A program made the translations under genes and the position numbers. This document shows positions 43,365 to 54,607 of a stretch of DNA of 64,000 nt, in pieces (the stretch's first letter is position 1; each line of letters begins with the position of its first letter). Source of the DNA: Patescibacteria group bacterium (GTDB lineage: Bacteria > Patescibacteriota > Minisyncoccia > Minisyncoccales > Staskawiczbacteraceae); NCBI GenBank assembly GCA_038065715.1, contig JBBTQL010000004.1:35693-99692 (forward strand), written 5' to 3'. Under the pieces are notes generated by a model. That model ran no database searches. It saw only the letters and a list, made by a program, of their open reading frames with translations, and had not been told where the DNA came from.

Positions 43365-46313
43365 ATGTATAATTTTCCAGAAGCAGAAAATAAAATCTTA
43401 AAGTTTTGGCAGGATAACAAAATTTTTGAAAAGTTAAGACAAAAAAATAAAAAGGGAAAACCATGGTCTTTTTTAGACGGGCCTATAACTGCAAACAATC
43501 CGATGGGCGCGCATCATGCATGGGGCAGAAGTTATAAAGATATTTTTCAGAGATATAAGGCGATGCAAGGTTATGACCAGCGATATCAAAATGGTTTTGA
43601 TTGCCAGGGATTGTGGGTTGAAGTTGAAGTTGAAAAAGAGCTGGGCTTTAAAAATAAAAAAGATATTGAAAAATATGGAATTGATAAATTTGTTGAAAAA
43701 TGCAAAGAAAGAGTTGAAAAATATTCAACCATACAGACGCAGCAGTCAATAAGATTGGGCCAATGGATGGATTGGGAAAATTCTTATTACACAATGTCTG
43801 ATGAAAACAATTATGCTATTTGGCATTTTTTAAAAAAATGTTGGCAAGAGGGCTATTTATATAAAGGCAGGGATTCGGTTCCTTGGTGTCCAAGATGCGG
43901 AACTGCAATTTCTCAGCATGAAATTTTAACAGAAGAATATAAAGAAATAACGCACAAAGCCATATATTTTAAGTTACCCGTGATAGAGGGCAAACTAAAA
44001 GGCAAAAAGTTTTTGGTTTGGACGACTACTCCATGGACAATTCCAGCTAACGTTGCTTTGGTCGTAAACCCAGATTTTGATTACGGAATTTATAAAAAAG
44101 ATAACGAAGAATTAATTTTATTGAAATCTTTAGCCGAAAAAGTTTTACATGCCCGCGAAGGCGGGGGTAAAGATTATATTTTAGAAAAGAAAATTAAAGG
44201 CAAAGATTTAAAGGGCATAAAATATGAAGGGCCGTTTGACAGCCTACCTAGAGTTAAAAAAATAAAAGAAGAAAAAATAGACACATTTCATACGGTTGTT
44301 TTAGATAAAGATTTAGTGACAGAAACAGAGGGAACGGGAATTGTGCACTGTGCGCCGGGCGCCGGCGAAGAAGATTTTAAAATAAGCCAAAGAGAGGGCT
44401 TAGCGGTAATTGATGTGATTGATGAAGCAGCAGTGTATTTGCCGGAAATGGAAGAATTTTCTGGAAAAAATGCAAAAAAAATTCCAGATATTATTTTTGA
44501 TTATTTAAAATCCAGTGAAAATGGAAAATTCTTTTTTAAGATAGAAGATTATACGCACCGCTATCCTACTTGCTGGAGATGTAAAACAGAATTAGTTTGG
44601 AGGGTTGTTGACGAGTGGTATATTTCTATGGATAAGTTAAGAAAAAATTTAGAAAAAATTACAAAAAAAATAAATTGGATTCCATCTTTTGGCAAAGAGC
44701 GTGAGCTTGACTGGTTAAAAAATATGCATGACTGGCTGATTTCTAAAAAAAGGTATTGGGGTTTGGCTTTGCCTATTTTTGAATGCGAATGCGGAAATTT
44801 TGAGGTTATTGGCTCAAAAGAAGAGCTAAAAAAGAGAGCGATAGAAGGTTGGGATAAATTTGAAAATAATTCTCCTCATAGGCCGTGGATAGACAATGTA
44901 AAAATAAAATGCAAAAAATGCAAAAAAATAGTTTCAAGAATTAAAGATGTGGGCAGCCCTTGGTTAGATGCTGGAATTGTTTCTTTTTCCACAATGAAAT
45001 ATTTTTCAGATAAGTCATATTGGAAAAAATGGTTTCCTATAGAATTAGTTTGTGAATCATTTCCCGGGCAATTTAAAAATTGGTTTTATAGTTTGTTAGT
45101 GATGTCAGTTGTTTTAGAAGATACAAATCCAATAAAAACAATTTTTGGTTATGCCTTAGTCCGCGATGAAAAAGGAGAGGAAATGCACAAATCAAAAGGT
45201 AATGCCATTTGGTTTGACGAGGCCGTAGAAAAAATTGGGGCTGATCCAATGCGCTGGATGTATTCAAAACAAAATCCAGCAGAAAATCTTAATTTTGGTT
45301 ATAATACAGCCGATGAAGTAAAAAGAAGACTGTTAACACTTTATAATGTTTATGCTTTTTTCAATACCTATGTTAAAAAAGAAGAATTTGAAAATATAGA
45401 TTTGAATCCAAAGCCGAAAAGTGTTTTAGATAAATGGATTTTGTCAAAAATAGACCATTTAATTGGCGCTTGTGAATTTAATCTTGAAAAATACGATGTT
45501 GCTAAAGTAGTTTTAGCCATAGAAGATTTTTTCATAAATGATTTGTCTTTATGGTATATAAGAAGGTCAAGGAAAAGATTTCATCCTTCGGCGGACTCGG
45601 GGCAAGTCAATGATAGCCAAGATAGGTCAGAGGCGATGTCAGCTCTTTATTATGCGCTTTTGAATATTACAAAGCTAATAAGTCCGATAATGCCATTTTT
45701 TGCAGAAGAAATGTATCAAAATTTAAAAACAAACAATATGCTAGAATCGGTTCATTTGTGTAGTTGGCCTCAATTAAAAAAAGAAGGTTATGTTGATTTA
45801 GAACTTGAAGGCAAAATGGACGAAGCCCGCAATATTGTTAATTTGGCCTTAGCAGAAAGGGCCGAAAAAGTAATCAAAGTAAGACAGCCAATTGCTTTGA
45901 TTAAAATAAAAAATAAGAAATTAAAAATTGAGGGCGATAAAGAAATATTAGAATTGATAAAAGACGAGGTTAATACAAAAAAAATTGTTTTTGATGTCAA
46001 AATTAAAAATGAGATAGAGCTTGATACAAAAATTACGCAAGAGTTAAAAGAAGAAGGAATGGTCAGGGAAATAATTAGGTATATTCAAAATATGAGGAAA
46101 GAGGCGGGCTTAATACCAGAAAACAAAATTTTGGTTTTCTTTTTTGGCGGACTCGGAATAAACAAGGTTTTGGAGAAAAATAAAGAGTTTTTATTGAAAG
46201 AAATTAATGCAAAAGATTTTTATTTAGATAAAAAATCAGGCCCAGCTTGCGATATGGAAAAAGAATTTTTAATTGATAACCAAAAAATATTATTAAAAAT
46301 AAAAAAAATATAA
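43365..46313 (+). CDS. ileS: isoleucine--tRNA ligase
   Basis: 982 aa class I aaRS; HIGH-like AHHAWG; KMSKS-like MHKSKGN; WTTTPWTIPAN editing domain; zinc-binding Cys pairs; GC insert 45584-45650. Confidence 0.85.
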   Translation: MYNFPEAENKILKFWQDNKIFEKLRQKNKKGKPWSFLDGPITANNPMGAHHAWGRSYKDIFQRYKAMQGYDQRYQNGFDCQGLWVEVEVEKELGFKNKKDIEKYGIDKFVEKCKERVEKYSTIQTQQSIRLGQWMDWENSYYTMSDENNYAIWHFLKKCWQEGYLYKGRDSVPWCPRCGTAISQHEILTEEYKEITHKAIYFKLPVIEGKLKGKKFLVWTTTPWTIPANVALVVNPDFDYGIYKKDNEELILLKSLAEKVLHAREGGGKDYILEKKIKGKDLKGIKYEGPFDSLPRVKKIKEEKIDTFHTVVLDKDLVTETEGTGIVHCAPGAGEEDFKISQREGLAVIDVIDEAAVYLPEMEEFSGKNAKKIPDIIFDYLKSSENGKFFFKIEDYTHRYPTCWRCKTELVWRVVDEWYISMDKLRKNLEKITKKINWIPSFGKERELDWLKNMHDWLISKKRYWGLALPIFECECGNFEVIGSKEELKKRAIEGWDKFENNSPHRPWIDNVKIKCKKCKKIVSRIKDVGSPWLDAGIVSFSTMKYFSDKSYWKKWFPIELVCESFPGQFKNWFYSLLVMSVVLEDTNPIKTIFGYALVRDEKGEEMHKSKGNAIWFDEAVEKIGADPMRWMYSKQNPAENLNFGYNTADEVKRRLLTLYNVYAFFNTYVKKEEFENIDLNPKPKSVLDKWILSKIDHLIGACEFNLEKYDVAKVVLAIEDFFINDLSLWYIRRSRKRFHPSADSGQVNDSQDRSEAMSALYYALLNITKLISPIMPFFAEEMYQNLKTNNMLESVHLCSWPQLKKEGYVDLELEGKMDEARNIVNLALAERAEKVIKVRQPIALIKIKNKKLKIEGDKEILELIKDEVNTKKIVFDVKIKNEIELDTKITQELKEEGMVREIIRYIQNMRKEAGLIPENKILVFFFGGLGINKVLEKNKEFLLKEINAKDFYLDKKSGPACDMEKEFLIDNQKILLKIKKI

Positions 46314-46314
46314 A

Positions 46315-46614
46315 ATGTCATTATTTGATAAAAAAGGGCAATTACCGAGAAAAGAATTTAGGGATATACTTAAAAGAAGCGATATAAAAACAGGACCAAC
46401 AAAGGGGCTGAATATTAAAGAAAGACTTAAAATAGAAGAAGATGTTTTTCCTAAAAAACACGGTGAAATAATATCAAAAAGTATCTTTGACAGGGGGCTT
46501 AATAATCTTAAAAAGAAAGGCGCATGGGAAGTTGATCTTATAAAGAAATCGAAAATACATAAAAAAATAAAATACTTAAAAAAATTAGAAGAAACAGGAG
46601 GCACAGATAAATAA
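46315..46614 (+). CDS. small basic hypothetical protein
   Basis: 99 aa K-rich ORF tightly packed between ileS and recO. Confidence 0.4.
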   Translation: MSLFDKKGQLPRKEFRDILKRSDIKTGPTKGLNIKERLKIEEDVFPKKHGEIISKSIFDRGLNNLKKKGAWEVDLIKKSKIHKKIKYLKKLEETGGTDK

Positions 46615-46615
46615 T

Positions 46616-47371
46616 ATGGCAGTTCATTATAGAACCAAAGGTTTAATCTTTAAAGAAAATAACTGGGCTGAGGCAGATAAAGTTTTTTCTATTTTTACTT
46701 GTGATTTTGGAAGGCTTGAAGTTTTTGCTAAGGCCATAAGAAAAATTACTTCAAAATTAAGAGGAGGAATTGAAATTTTTTCTTTATCTGAAATCGAGTT
46801 TATACAAGGCAAAAACCGCAAAACCTTAACCGACGCAGTTTTTATAAACAATTTTAACAATATAGCGCATGATTTGGAAAAATTAAGAATTGCCAGCAAA
46901 GTTATCCAAGCTTTAGACAACTTTGTTAAAGGCCAAGAGAAAGATGAAAAAATTTGGAATTTGATAATTGATATTTTTGAAAAAATAAATAGCCCATTAT
47001 TATCTCAAGAAAAATATCAATTAACTTATTATTATTTTATTTGGAATTTTTTTTCTATATTGGGATATAAGCCCGAAGTTTCAAAGTGCGCTATATGCCA
47101 GAAAAAGTTAAATCCCTATAATTTATATTTTTGCAATCAAGAAGGAGGAATTATTTGCAAAAATTGTTTTTCAAAAAAAAGAGATGTTAAAAAAATAAAC
47201 TCCAGTATTGTTAAAGTTTTAAGGCTGTTTTTTAAAAAAGACTGGCAAACTATACAAAAATTAAAAATTGAGTTTTCTTTAATAAATCTTTTGAAAGAAG
47301 TTTCTGAAGATTATTATCTTTATCTTTTATCATCGCATTCTTTTAAAGACAGCATAAATGATGTAATATAA
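46616..47371 (+). CDS. recO: DNA repair protein RecO
   Basis: N-terminal OB fold KGLIFKENNWAEADKVFSIFT..GRLEVFAKA; zinc finger CAICQKK...CKNC. Confidence 0.8.
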   Translation: MAVHYRTKGLIFKENNWAEADKVFSIFTCDFGRLEVFAKAIRKITSKLRGGIEIFSLSEIEFIQGKNRKTLTDAVFINNFNNIAHDLEKLRIASKVIQALDNFVKGQEKDEKIWNLIIDIFEKINSPLLSQEKYQLTYYYFIWNFFSILGYKPEVSKCAICQKKLNPYNLYFCNQEGGIICKNCFSKKRDVKKINSSIVKVLRLFFKKDWQTIQKLKIEFSLINLLKEVSEDYYLYLLSSHSFKDSINDVI

Positions 47372-47376
47372 AAAAT

Positions 47377-49041
47377 ATGAACAAAAAAGCAACTTTTATA
47401 TTGTTATTTATCGTTATTATGTTAGGTTTTTTAGGATTTTGGTATTACAGAAATACGATTTTTTCAAAAGAAATTTTAAAATTAGAAATCCTTGGACTTG
47501 ATTCTGCTAAAATGGGAGATGAAATTAAGTACACTGTAAAATATAAAAATAACGGCAATTTTGTTTTAGAGCAGCCAAAGCTGATTTTTGAGCTTCCTGA
47601 TAATTCTTTAACCGAGGACGGAAAAACAAGATTTGAAAAGGACCTAAAAGATATTTATCCTGGAGTTGAAGAAATTGTGCAATTTAACGGCAGGCTTCTC
47701 GGAAAAGAGGGCGACTTAAAAGTAGCCAAAGCCTCTCTTTCTTATATTCCAAAAAACATAACAGCCCGCTATGAATCAAGCACTACATTTACCACAAAAA
47801 TTGATGCTGTTGCCATAACTTTAGATTTTGATTTGCCTTCAAAAATAGAAAAAGGCAAGGAAATTTCTTATTCTCTTAATTATTTTTCTAACATAGATTA
47901 TCCTTTAGAAAATCTAAGCATGAAAATTGATTCTGTAAACGGTTTTAACTTTGAGTCGGCAACTCCCTCTTCATTAGATAATTCTGAATGGAAATTACAA
48001 ACATTAAACAAGGCCCAAGGTGGCAGGATAAATGTTAAGGGAGCAATTACGGCCTCTGCTAATAGCCGCATAATATTTGGCGCAACGCTTGGCGTATGGC
48101 AAAACGGAGCATTTATCGCAATAAAACAAACCAACGCAGATATTGAGGTTATTGATCCTTTATTATTTATATCGCAGCAAATAAACGGATCTTCTAATCA
48201 CATTGCTTCTCCCGGTGAAAAGCTGCATTATAAAATATTTTTTAGAAATATCGGCTCCAGTTCTTTTGATAATTTATTTATGATAGTAAGGTTAGACGGT
48301 TTAGCTTTTGATTTGTCTACGCTTCAGTCACAGCAAGGGCAAGCAAGGCCAAATGACAATTTAATTGTTTTTGATTCAAAACAAGTTTCAGAATTAACTC
48401 ATTTAAACCCCCAACAAGAAAACAAAGTTGAATTTGATGTTAAGTTAAAAGACAGCTGGCCTCCTGTTCCAGCTGAAAAAAACAATACAGTTATAAAAAG
48501 CAAGGTTAATATTTCTGATATCAGCCAGGAATTTGATACTAAAGTTAATTCAAGATTAGAAGTTTCTCAAAAAGCATATTACTCAAATCAAGGGAATGTA
48601 GAAAATTCAGGGCCTGTCCCTCCAGAGGTTGGCAAAGCTACCACATATACTATAGTTTGGCAGATTAAAAATTATTTTAACGATGTTAAGAATGTAAAGG
48701 TAAGAGCTGTTTTGCCCCAAGGCGTTGTTTTAACCGGGAAAATACTGCCAGACAATCAAATAGCCAATTTTTCTATGGATAATGGCAGCAGGGAAATTGT
48801 TTGGTCTGCTGGAGATATTTCAGCTGGCGCAGGAATTTCAAGTTCTGGGCCGTCATTATTTTTTCAGGTTTCTTCAACTCCAAGTTCTTTCCAAAAAGGA
48901 GGGACAGCGAGCCTTATTGGCCAGGCAACAATTTTTGGCGAAGACCAATTTACTAATTCCACTGCTCAAAGCAATGCGCCAGCGGCAGATACTAATTTGC
49001 CAGATGACCAAAATAATTCTGGCGGCGGAATCGTGCAGTAA
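47377..49041 (+). CDS. membrane-anchored surface protein with DUF11-like repeat domains
   Basis: N-terminal TM; repeated beta-rich modules; G-rich C-terminus. Confidence 0.5.
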   Translation: MNKKATFILLFIVIMLGFLGFWYYRNTIFSKEILKLEILGLDSAKMGDEIKYTVKYKNNGNFVLEQPKLIFELPDNSLTEDGKTRFEKDLKDIYPGVEEIVQFNGRLLGKEGDLKVAKASLSYIPKNITARYESSTTFTTKIDAVAITLDFDLPSKIEKGKEISYSLNYFSNIDYPLENLSMKIDSVNGFNFESATPSSLDNSEWKLQTLNKAQGGRINVKGAITASANSRIIFGATLGVWQNGAFIAIKQTNADIEVIDPLLFISQQINGSSNHIASPGEKLHYKIFFRNIGSSSFDNLFMIVRLDGLAFDLSTLQSQQGQARPNDNLIVFDSKQVSELTHLNPQQENKVEFDVKLKDSWPPVPAEKNNTVIKSKVNISDISQEFDTKVNSRLEVSQKAYYSNQGNVENSGPVPPEVGKATTYTIVWQIKNYFNDVKNVKVRAVLPQGVVLTGKILPDNQIANFSMDNGSREIVWSAGDISAGAGISSSGPSLFFQVSSTPSSFQKGGTASLIGQATIFGEDQFTNSTAQSNAPAADTNLPDDQNNSGGGIVQ

Positions 49042-49058
49042 TTAAAAAAGAAAAAATT

Positions 49059-50369
49059 ATGAAAAAAGAAGAAAATAATTTAATGGAAAAAATAGTGTCT
49101 TTATGTAAAAGAAGAGGGTTTGTATTTCCTGGTTCTGAAATTTATGGAGGCATGGCAAACAGTTATGATTACGGCCCTTTGGGCGCCGAAGTTTTTAATA
49201 ATATACGTAATTTATGGTGGAAAAAATTTGTGCATGAAAGAGACGACATGGTGGGTGTAAGGGGACCCATTATAATGAATTCAAAAGTTTGGGAAGCTTC
49301 CGGACATATTAAAAATTTTACAGACCCCTTGGTTGAATGCAAAATTTGCCATACAAGATTACGTTCAGATAAGACAATGGAAATTAAAGAACATGAAAAA
49401 TCGCATAAAGAAAAAGTTGAGTGGGCAGATCCTAAAAATTTTAATTTGCTATTTAAAACGTTTATAGGGGCAACAGAAGATAAAACATCCGAAGTTTATT
49501 TACGCGGAGAAACTGCGCAAACCATGTTTACAGATTTTAAGCTTGTTATGGATTCTATGAGGCGCAAACTTCCCTTTGGAATTGCGCAAATAGGCAGGTC
49601 GTTTAGAAATGAAATTACCACTGGAAATTTCATTTTCAGAATGAAAGAGTTTACCATTGCCGAATTTGAATATTTCGTAAAACCAGAAAGTGATGATAAA
49701 TCTTTTTCTGAACTTTTAGATTATCAGCAAGATTTTTTTATAAATAGTTTAGGCATTAAAAAGGAAAACATAAAAACTGTTGAGTTGTCAAAAGACGAAT
49801 TAGCTCATTATTCAAAACGAACAGTTGATACGTATTTTAATTTTCCTTTTGGATGGGACGAGGTTGCTGGAATAGCAAATCGCGTAGATTACGATTTAAA
49901 AAATCATATTGCGTTATCTGGCGAAAATCTTTCATATAAAGATGAAGAAACAAAAGAGGAATTCGTTCCCTATGTGATAGAGCCGACTTTTGGTTTAGAC
50001 AGATTATTGCTAGCCGTATTAACTGATGCATATAAAGAAGAAGCAAACAGGGTTGTTTTGAAATTAAAGCCGAGTTTGGCGCCATATAAGGCTGCTGTGT
50101 TTCCGCTTTTAAAAAACAAGCCAGAGTTAGTTAAAAAAGCAAAAGAAATTTACAACGTATTAAGAAAGGAATTTAATATTGCTTTTGACGACAGGGGAAA
50201 TATAGGCAAGCGTTATTATAGCCAAGACGAAATTGGCACGCCCTATTGCATTACTATTGATTTTGACACATTAAAAGATGATACAGTAACCGTCCGCGAC
50301 CGCGACACAATGAAACAAGAAAGAGTAAAAATTCCCGATTTAATAAAAAAAATATCAGAATTTTTATAA
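49059..50369 (+). CDS. glyQS: glycine--tRNA ligase (dimeric type)
   Basis: RRGFVFPGSEIYGGMANSYDYGPLG N-terminus; class II motifs; C-terminal anticodon-binding domain. Confidence 0.9.
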   Translation: MKKEENNLMEKIVSLCKRRGFVFPGSEIYGGMANSYDYGPLGAEVFNNIRNLWWKKFVHERDDMVGVRGPIIMNSKVWEASGHIKNFTDPLVECKICHTRLRSDKTMEIKEHEKSHKEKVEWADPKNFNLLFKTFIGATEDKTSEVYLRGETAQTMFTDFKLVMDSMRRKLPFGIAQIGRSFRNEITTGNFIFRMKEFTIAEFEYFVKPESDDKSFSELLDYQQDFFINSLGIKKENIKTVELSKDELAHYSKRTVDTYFNFPFGWDEVAGIANRVDYDLKNHIALSGENLSYKDEETKEEFVPYVIEPTFGLDRLLLAVLTDAYKEEANRVVLKLKPSLAPYKAAVFPLLKNKPELVKKAKEIYNVLRKEFNIAFDDRGNIGKRYYSQDEIGTPYCITIDFDTLKDDTVTVRDRDTMKQERVKIPDLIKKISEFL

Positions 50370-50374
50370 AAATA

Positions 50375-51361
50375 ATGGAAGGAGAAAAAAGAGAATCAGA
50401 AAAAATACCAGAACAAAAAATTAATATTCCTCAAAATGAGGGTAAAATTTTAGGAATTAACTCAGAAACCACAAAAGAAAGGGAGGCTGAAGAACAAGTG
50501 GAAATTAAAGAATTAAAAAAAGAAATTGAGAAATCATTTACTGACGAAAATCCTAATACAACAGAAAAATCGGTCAATTCTCCAGAAAAAGAATTTGAAG
50601 AAAAATCAGCGCAAGGAAAGAATGAAAGTATTGCTAAAAAATTTGGCGTCTTCATTGGGAAATCATTGAGCTGGATGTTCGGTTCATTAGAAAGCAGAGT
50701 TAAAAATTTTGATGTTGAACTTTCAGGGTCTGAAAATTTAAGAGAGTTAGAGGGTAGACCGTATATATTAGCGGCTAACCATATTAAACCAAAAAACATT
50801 CTAATGCAGGCAATAGGGTTGTCTCCCGATTCTTTTGTAATTAGAAGAGTCGTTCAGGAAGAAACCCAGCGGATGCCCCATGTCATTGCAAATGTATCAA
50901 GCAAGATAAGAAAAATTCCGATTTTTGGGCAAATAGATAAGATATGGTCTCCATTTCGAGAGGGAATAATGCAGGGAGCAGGTTTTATCCCTGTAAAAAT
51001 GAGGAGAGGAGGAGAATCGACAGGATTTAATCGTAATTTCATCGAAAGGTTTCGAGAGGTAGTAGACAAAAAAGAACCGGTTATTATTTTTCCTCAAGGC
51101 CATTGGGATAAAGATTTTAATCCCGAGAGAGAATTTGAAACTGGGACAGCTACGCTTGCTAGGAACTATGGCTTGCCGATAGCACCGGTTTACATTCAAG
51201 GATGTCAATCATGGTCACCAAAGGGAAGAGCGTCGGTTAGTATTGGTCAAATTATTGATCCTGCTGAAAAAAATAAAGAAGAGATAACGGATGAAATTAA
51301 AAAAAGCATAATCTGCATGAAAGAAGTTAAAGCAGGCAGTAATGACACAACAAAAAAATGA
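50375..51361 (+). CDS. acyltransferase family protein (PlsC-like), putative
   Basis: E/K-rich N-terminus; LAANHIKPKN and FPQGHW segments reminiscent of lysophospholipid acyltransferases. Confidence 0.45.
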   Translation: MEGEKRESEKIPEQKINIPQNEGKILGINSETTKEREAEEQVEIKELKKEIEKSFTDENPNTTEKSVNSPEKEFEEKSAQGKNESIAKKFGVFIGKSLSWMFGSLESRVKNFDVELSGSENLRELEGRPYILAANHIKPKNILMQAIGLSPDSFVIRRVVQEETQRMPHVIANVSSKIRKIPIFGQIDKIWSPFREGIMQGAGFIPVKMRRGGESTGFNRNFIERFREVVDKKEPVIIFPQGHWDKDFNPEREFETGTATLARNYGLPIAPVYIQGCQSWSPKGRASVSIGQIIDPAEKNKEEITDEIKKSIICMKEVKAGSNDTTKK

Positions 51362-51921
51362 GCAGGTTTTTTAGAAACATAATACACAAAATAAAAAATA
51401 AAGGAGCAAAAGATAGGATTAAAAAGATTAGGCCATATTTAAACAAAAAAGATAAAATTTTAGATATTGGGGCCGGTTCTTGCATTGTTTGCGAAGCACT
51501 GCGAGAAGAAGGTTATCATATTACGCCGATCGATATTAAAAACTCGAGTTTTGCTAAGGATATCAAGCCGATTATATATGGCGGTGTAAAAATACCGTTT
51601 AAGAGAGATGAATTTAATACAGCTTTAATTTTAACGGTTTTGCATCATACGCCTTCTCCCAGAAAAATTTTAGAAGAAGCTAAAAGAATATCAAGGGTAA
51701 TTATTATTATAGAAGATATTTATACAAATATATTTAATAAGTATATGACCTATTTTATTGACAACCTGCTTAATTTAGAATTTATTGGTTGTTATCATAC
51801 AAATAAAAATGACAGAGAATGGAAAAAAATATTCGATAAAATGAATTTGAAATTGCTTGACACTAAATACTATAAATCCTTTTTCAGAGTTAAGCGTGCG
51901 GTATATTATCTTAAAAAATAA
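51358..51921 (+). CDS. class I SAM-dependent methyltransferase
   Basis: Motif I ILDIGAGSCIV; ~187 aa. Confidence 0.65.
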   Translation: MSRFFRNIIHKIKNKGAKDRIKKIRPYLNKKDKILDIGAGSCIVCEALREEGYHITPIDIKNSSFAKDIKPIIYGGVKIPFKRDEFNTALILTVLHHTPSPRKILEEAKRISRVIIIIEDIYTNIFNKYMTYFIDNLLNLEFIGCYHTNKNDREWKKIFDKMNLKLLDTKYYKSFFRVKRAVYYLKK

Positions 51922-51951
51922 TCTTTTACAGGAAAATAACGACATCGGCTA

Positions 51952-52821
51952 ATGAAATTTTTGATAAATCTTTTCAAGCTTACAAGACCACTAAGCAATG
52001 TAAAAAACATTGCAATAGTTGTCCTAGCTTTTTATTTTTCAAAAAAGGGATTTGATTTATGGCTGTTTTCAGGTTCTCTGATTTCTTTATCGTTGGTCTG
52101 CTCGGCTTTTTATGCCTATAACACTTTATCTGACTTTGATTTAGATAAAGATAATAAAAATAAAAAGCATTATCTGGAGGCGGTTAATTATTTTGGAAAA
52201 AATAAAAGTTTTATTATTTTTATAACTCTTTTAATTGCGGGGCTGTTCATCGGATATTTTATAAATTTATACTTTTTTATATTTTTATTGCTTTTAGCTT
52301 TAACCGATTTTTCATACTCTTTTAAGTATACTCGGTTTAAAGAAAAATTTATTTTAGATATATTGTTTGGCGCTTCTTTTACTTTTTTATTCAGATTTCT
52401 TGCTTTTTGGTTTGTTTTTTCGTCTGCCTTTCCGCCATTGTTGGTTGTGGCAGGATTGGTTTTTGCCAAAAGCGGAGGATATTTTTTGTATAAATCATTG
52501 GATTATCAGTATTTACTAAAAGAAAACATAAAAAATTCAATAACAATTTTAAATCAAAAAACAAAAATTATTGTTTCTATTTTATTTTGGGTTATTGCCC
52601 TCATTTCTTTTATATTTTTGTGCTTTAATTCTTATTTTAAAATCGGATTGATTGGAGAGCTTCCTTTTAAGTTTTTGTTTTTAGGGCTACTTGCAGTTCC
52701 TCCACTTGCTGTAATTTATCTTTCAGTTTTCGGAAAGATTAAAATAAAAATTAAAAATTTAAGAACTGCAGGATACATTTATTGGGCGGCAGTTTTGGCC
52801 ACTACCTTAACTTTTATATGA
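51952..52821 (+). CDS. UbiA family prenyltransferase
   Basis: N-terminal LTRPLSNVKN; Asp-rich NTLSDFDLDKDNK; multi-TM. Confidence 0.55.
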   Translation: MKFLINLFKLTRPLSNVKNIAIVVLAFYFSKKGFDLWLFSGSLISLSLVCSAFYAYNTLSDFDLDKDNKNKKHYLEAVNYFGKNKSFIIFITLLIAGLFIGYFINLYFFIFLLLLALTDFSYSFKYTRFKEKFILDILFGASFTFLFRFLAFWFVFSSAFPPLLVVAGLVFAKSGGYFLYKSLDYQYLLKENIKNSITILNQKTKIIVSILFWVIALISFIFLCFNSYFKIGLIGELPFKFLFLGLLAVPPLAVIYLSVFGKIKIKIKNLRTAGYIYWAAVLATTLTFI

Positions 52822-53330
52822 AAAAAGGATTTATTAGAAATTTATTGCCTGACCATAGGTTTGAAAAAATTATAGATATTATGTCGGATTTTTTTTCAGG
52901 CAGTCAGCTTGTTATTTTTGATTTGGATAATACGCTGGTTTTTTCTGAAAAAACAGAATCGACAAAAGAAATTATTAATTGGATAGCTTCTATTAAAAAC
53001 AGATACAAGTGCGTATGTATATCCAACAGCAGAACTGCCAAAGATAGAGCTCAGAAAATTTCAAAAGCGCTTGACATTGATATTTTTTTAAGCAAAGAAA
53101 AAAAGCCATCAAAAAAGTTATTTGAGGAAATCAAAAAAAAATATAATTTAGGAAATGGCAAAATATTTGTTGTTGGCGACAGAGTTTTTACAGATATTTT
53201 GTTTGGCAATTTAAATGGGGCGGCAACTGTCTTAATAAAACCTTTAAGCAGGAAAGAAAATATTTTAATTAAAATTATAAGGAAAATTGAAAACGCAATT
53301 CTTTTTTTAGTCAATTTAATATATACTTAA
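52818..53330 (+). CDS. HAD family phosphatase (YqeG-like)
   Basis: LVIFDLDNTLV motif I and VVGDRVFTDIL motif III. Confidence 0.7.
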   Translation: MKKGFIRNLLPDHRFEKIIDIMSDFFSGSQLVIFDLDNTLVFSEKTESTKEIINWIASIKNRYKCVCISNSRTAKDRAQKISKALDIDIFLSKEKKPSKKLFEEIKKKYNLGNGKIFVVGDRVFTDILFGNLNGAATVLIKPLSRKENILIKIIRKIENAILFLVNLIYT

Positions 53331-53335
53331 AATAT

Positions 53336-54607
53336 ATGTATAAAAAAACAACATTAAAAAACGGATTAAGGGTGATAACAATTCCAATGGAAAACGCCAA
53401 TAGTGTTACTGTTTTAATCTTGGTTGGCACAGGTTCAAAATATGAAACAAAAGACATAAACGGCATTTCTCATTTTTTAGAACATATGTTTTTTAAAGGC
53501 ACTGAAAAAAGGCCAACCACTTTAAAAATTGCCGAAACCTTAGATATGGTTGGCGGCGAATATAATGCTTTCACATCAAAAGAAATTACTGGATTTTGGG
53601 CTAAAGTAGATAAAAAACACACAGATGTTGCTTTAGACTGGATATCTGATATGTTTTTAAATTCTAAATTTGACGAAAAAGAAATAGAAAGAGAAAAAGG
53701 AGTAATAATAGAAGAGGTAAATATGTATTTAGACACCCCAATGGCCTATGTTGGAGAATTATGGGAAGATTTGCTTTACAAAGACCAGCCGGCCGGCTGG
53801 CGGGTTATAGGCGAAAAAGAAAACATACTGAACTTTAACAGAAAAAAAATTATAAATTATTATAAAAATCATTATTCGCCAAAAAATACAATAATTTGCG
53901 TGTCGGGAGGCATTGAGCAAGATAAAATTGCATCAAAAATACAGAGTTATTTTTCCCCCTTCGGGGGATCCGCCGTAGGCGGAAAAGTTAAAGTAAAAGA
54001 ATACCAAAAAGAGCCTGAAATATTGTTTCACCATAAAAAAACAGACCAGACCCATTTTTGTTTAGGGGTAAGGGCATACGATATGTTTCATCAGCAAAAA
54101 TATGCTTTGGTTTTACTGGCTATTATTTTGGGGGGAAACATGAGCTCGCGTCTTTTTATTAAAGTAAGGGAAAGAAGCGGTTTGGCTTATTCTATTCACA
54201 CATCTGTTGACGCTTCTACTGACACCGGATATTTGGTCACGCAAGCTGGAATTGACCATAAAAATTTAGAAAAATCAGTAAAGCTTATTTTACAGGAATA
54301 TAAAAACATTAAAGATACAAAAATTACAGAAAGAGAATTGCAAAAGGCAAAAGATTATTTAAAGGGAACTATGTCTTTGTCTTTAGATTCGTCAGACAGC
54401 CAAGCTTCTTTTTATGCCGTGCAAGAATTGCTTGAAAAGGAAGTTTTATCTCCTGAAGAAAAGTTTAAAAAAATTGACACAGTTTCTGTAAATGATATAA
54501 AAAAGGTAGCAGAGGATATATTTTTACCAGAAAAGTTGAATTTGGCAGTTATCGGCCCGTTTGAAGAAAATAAAAAAGAAGAGTTTAAAAAAATACTAAA
54601 AATATGA
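53336..54607 (+). CDS. M16 family zinc peptidase
   Basis: HFLEHMFFKGT (HxxEH) zinc-binding motif; 423 aa; in-frame double UUCG-type hairpin insert 53955-53982. Confidence 0.85.
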   Translation: MYKKTTLKNGLRVITIPMENANSVTVLILVGTGSKYETKDINGISHFLEHMFFKGTEKRPTTLKIAETLDMVGGEYNAFTSKEITGFWAKVDKKHTDVALDWISDMFLNSKFDEKEIEREKGVIIEEVNMYLDTPMAYVGELWEDLLYKDQPAGWRVIGEKENILNFNRKKIINYYKNHYSPKNTIICVSGGIEQDKIASKIQSYFSPFGGSAVGGKVKVKEYQKEPEILFHHKKTDQTHFCLGVRAYDMFHQQKYALVLLAIILGGNMSSRLFIKVRERSGLAYSIHTSVDASTDTGYLVTQAGIDHKNLEKSVKLILQEYKNIKDTKITERELQKAKDYLKGTMSLSLDSSDSQASFYAVQELLEKEVLSPEEKFKKIDTVSVNDIKKVAEDIFLPEKLNLAVIGPFEENKKEEFKKILKI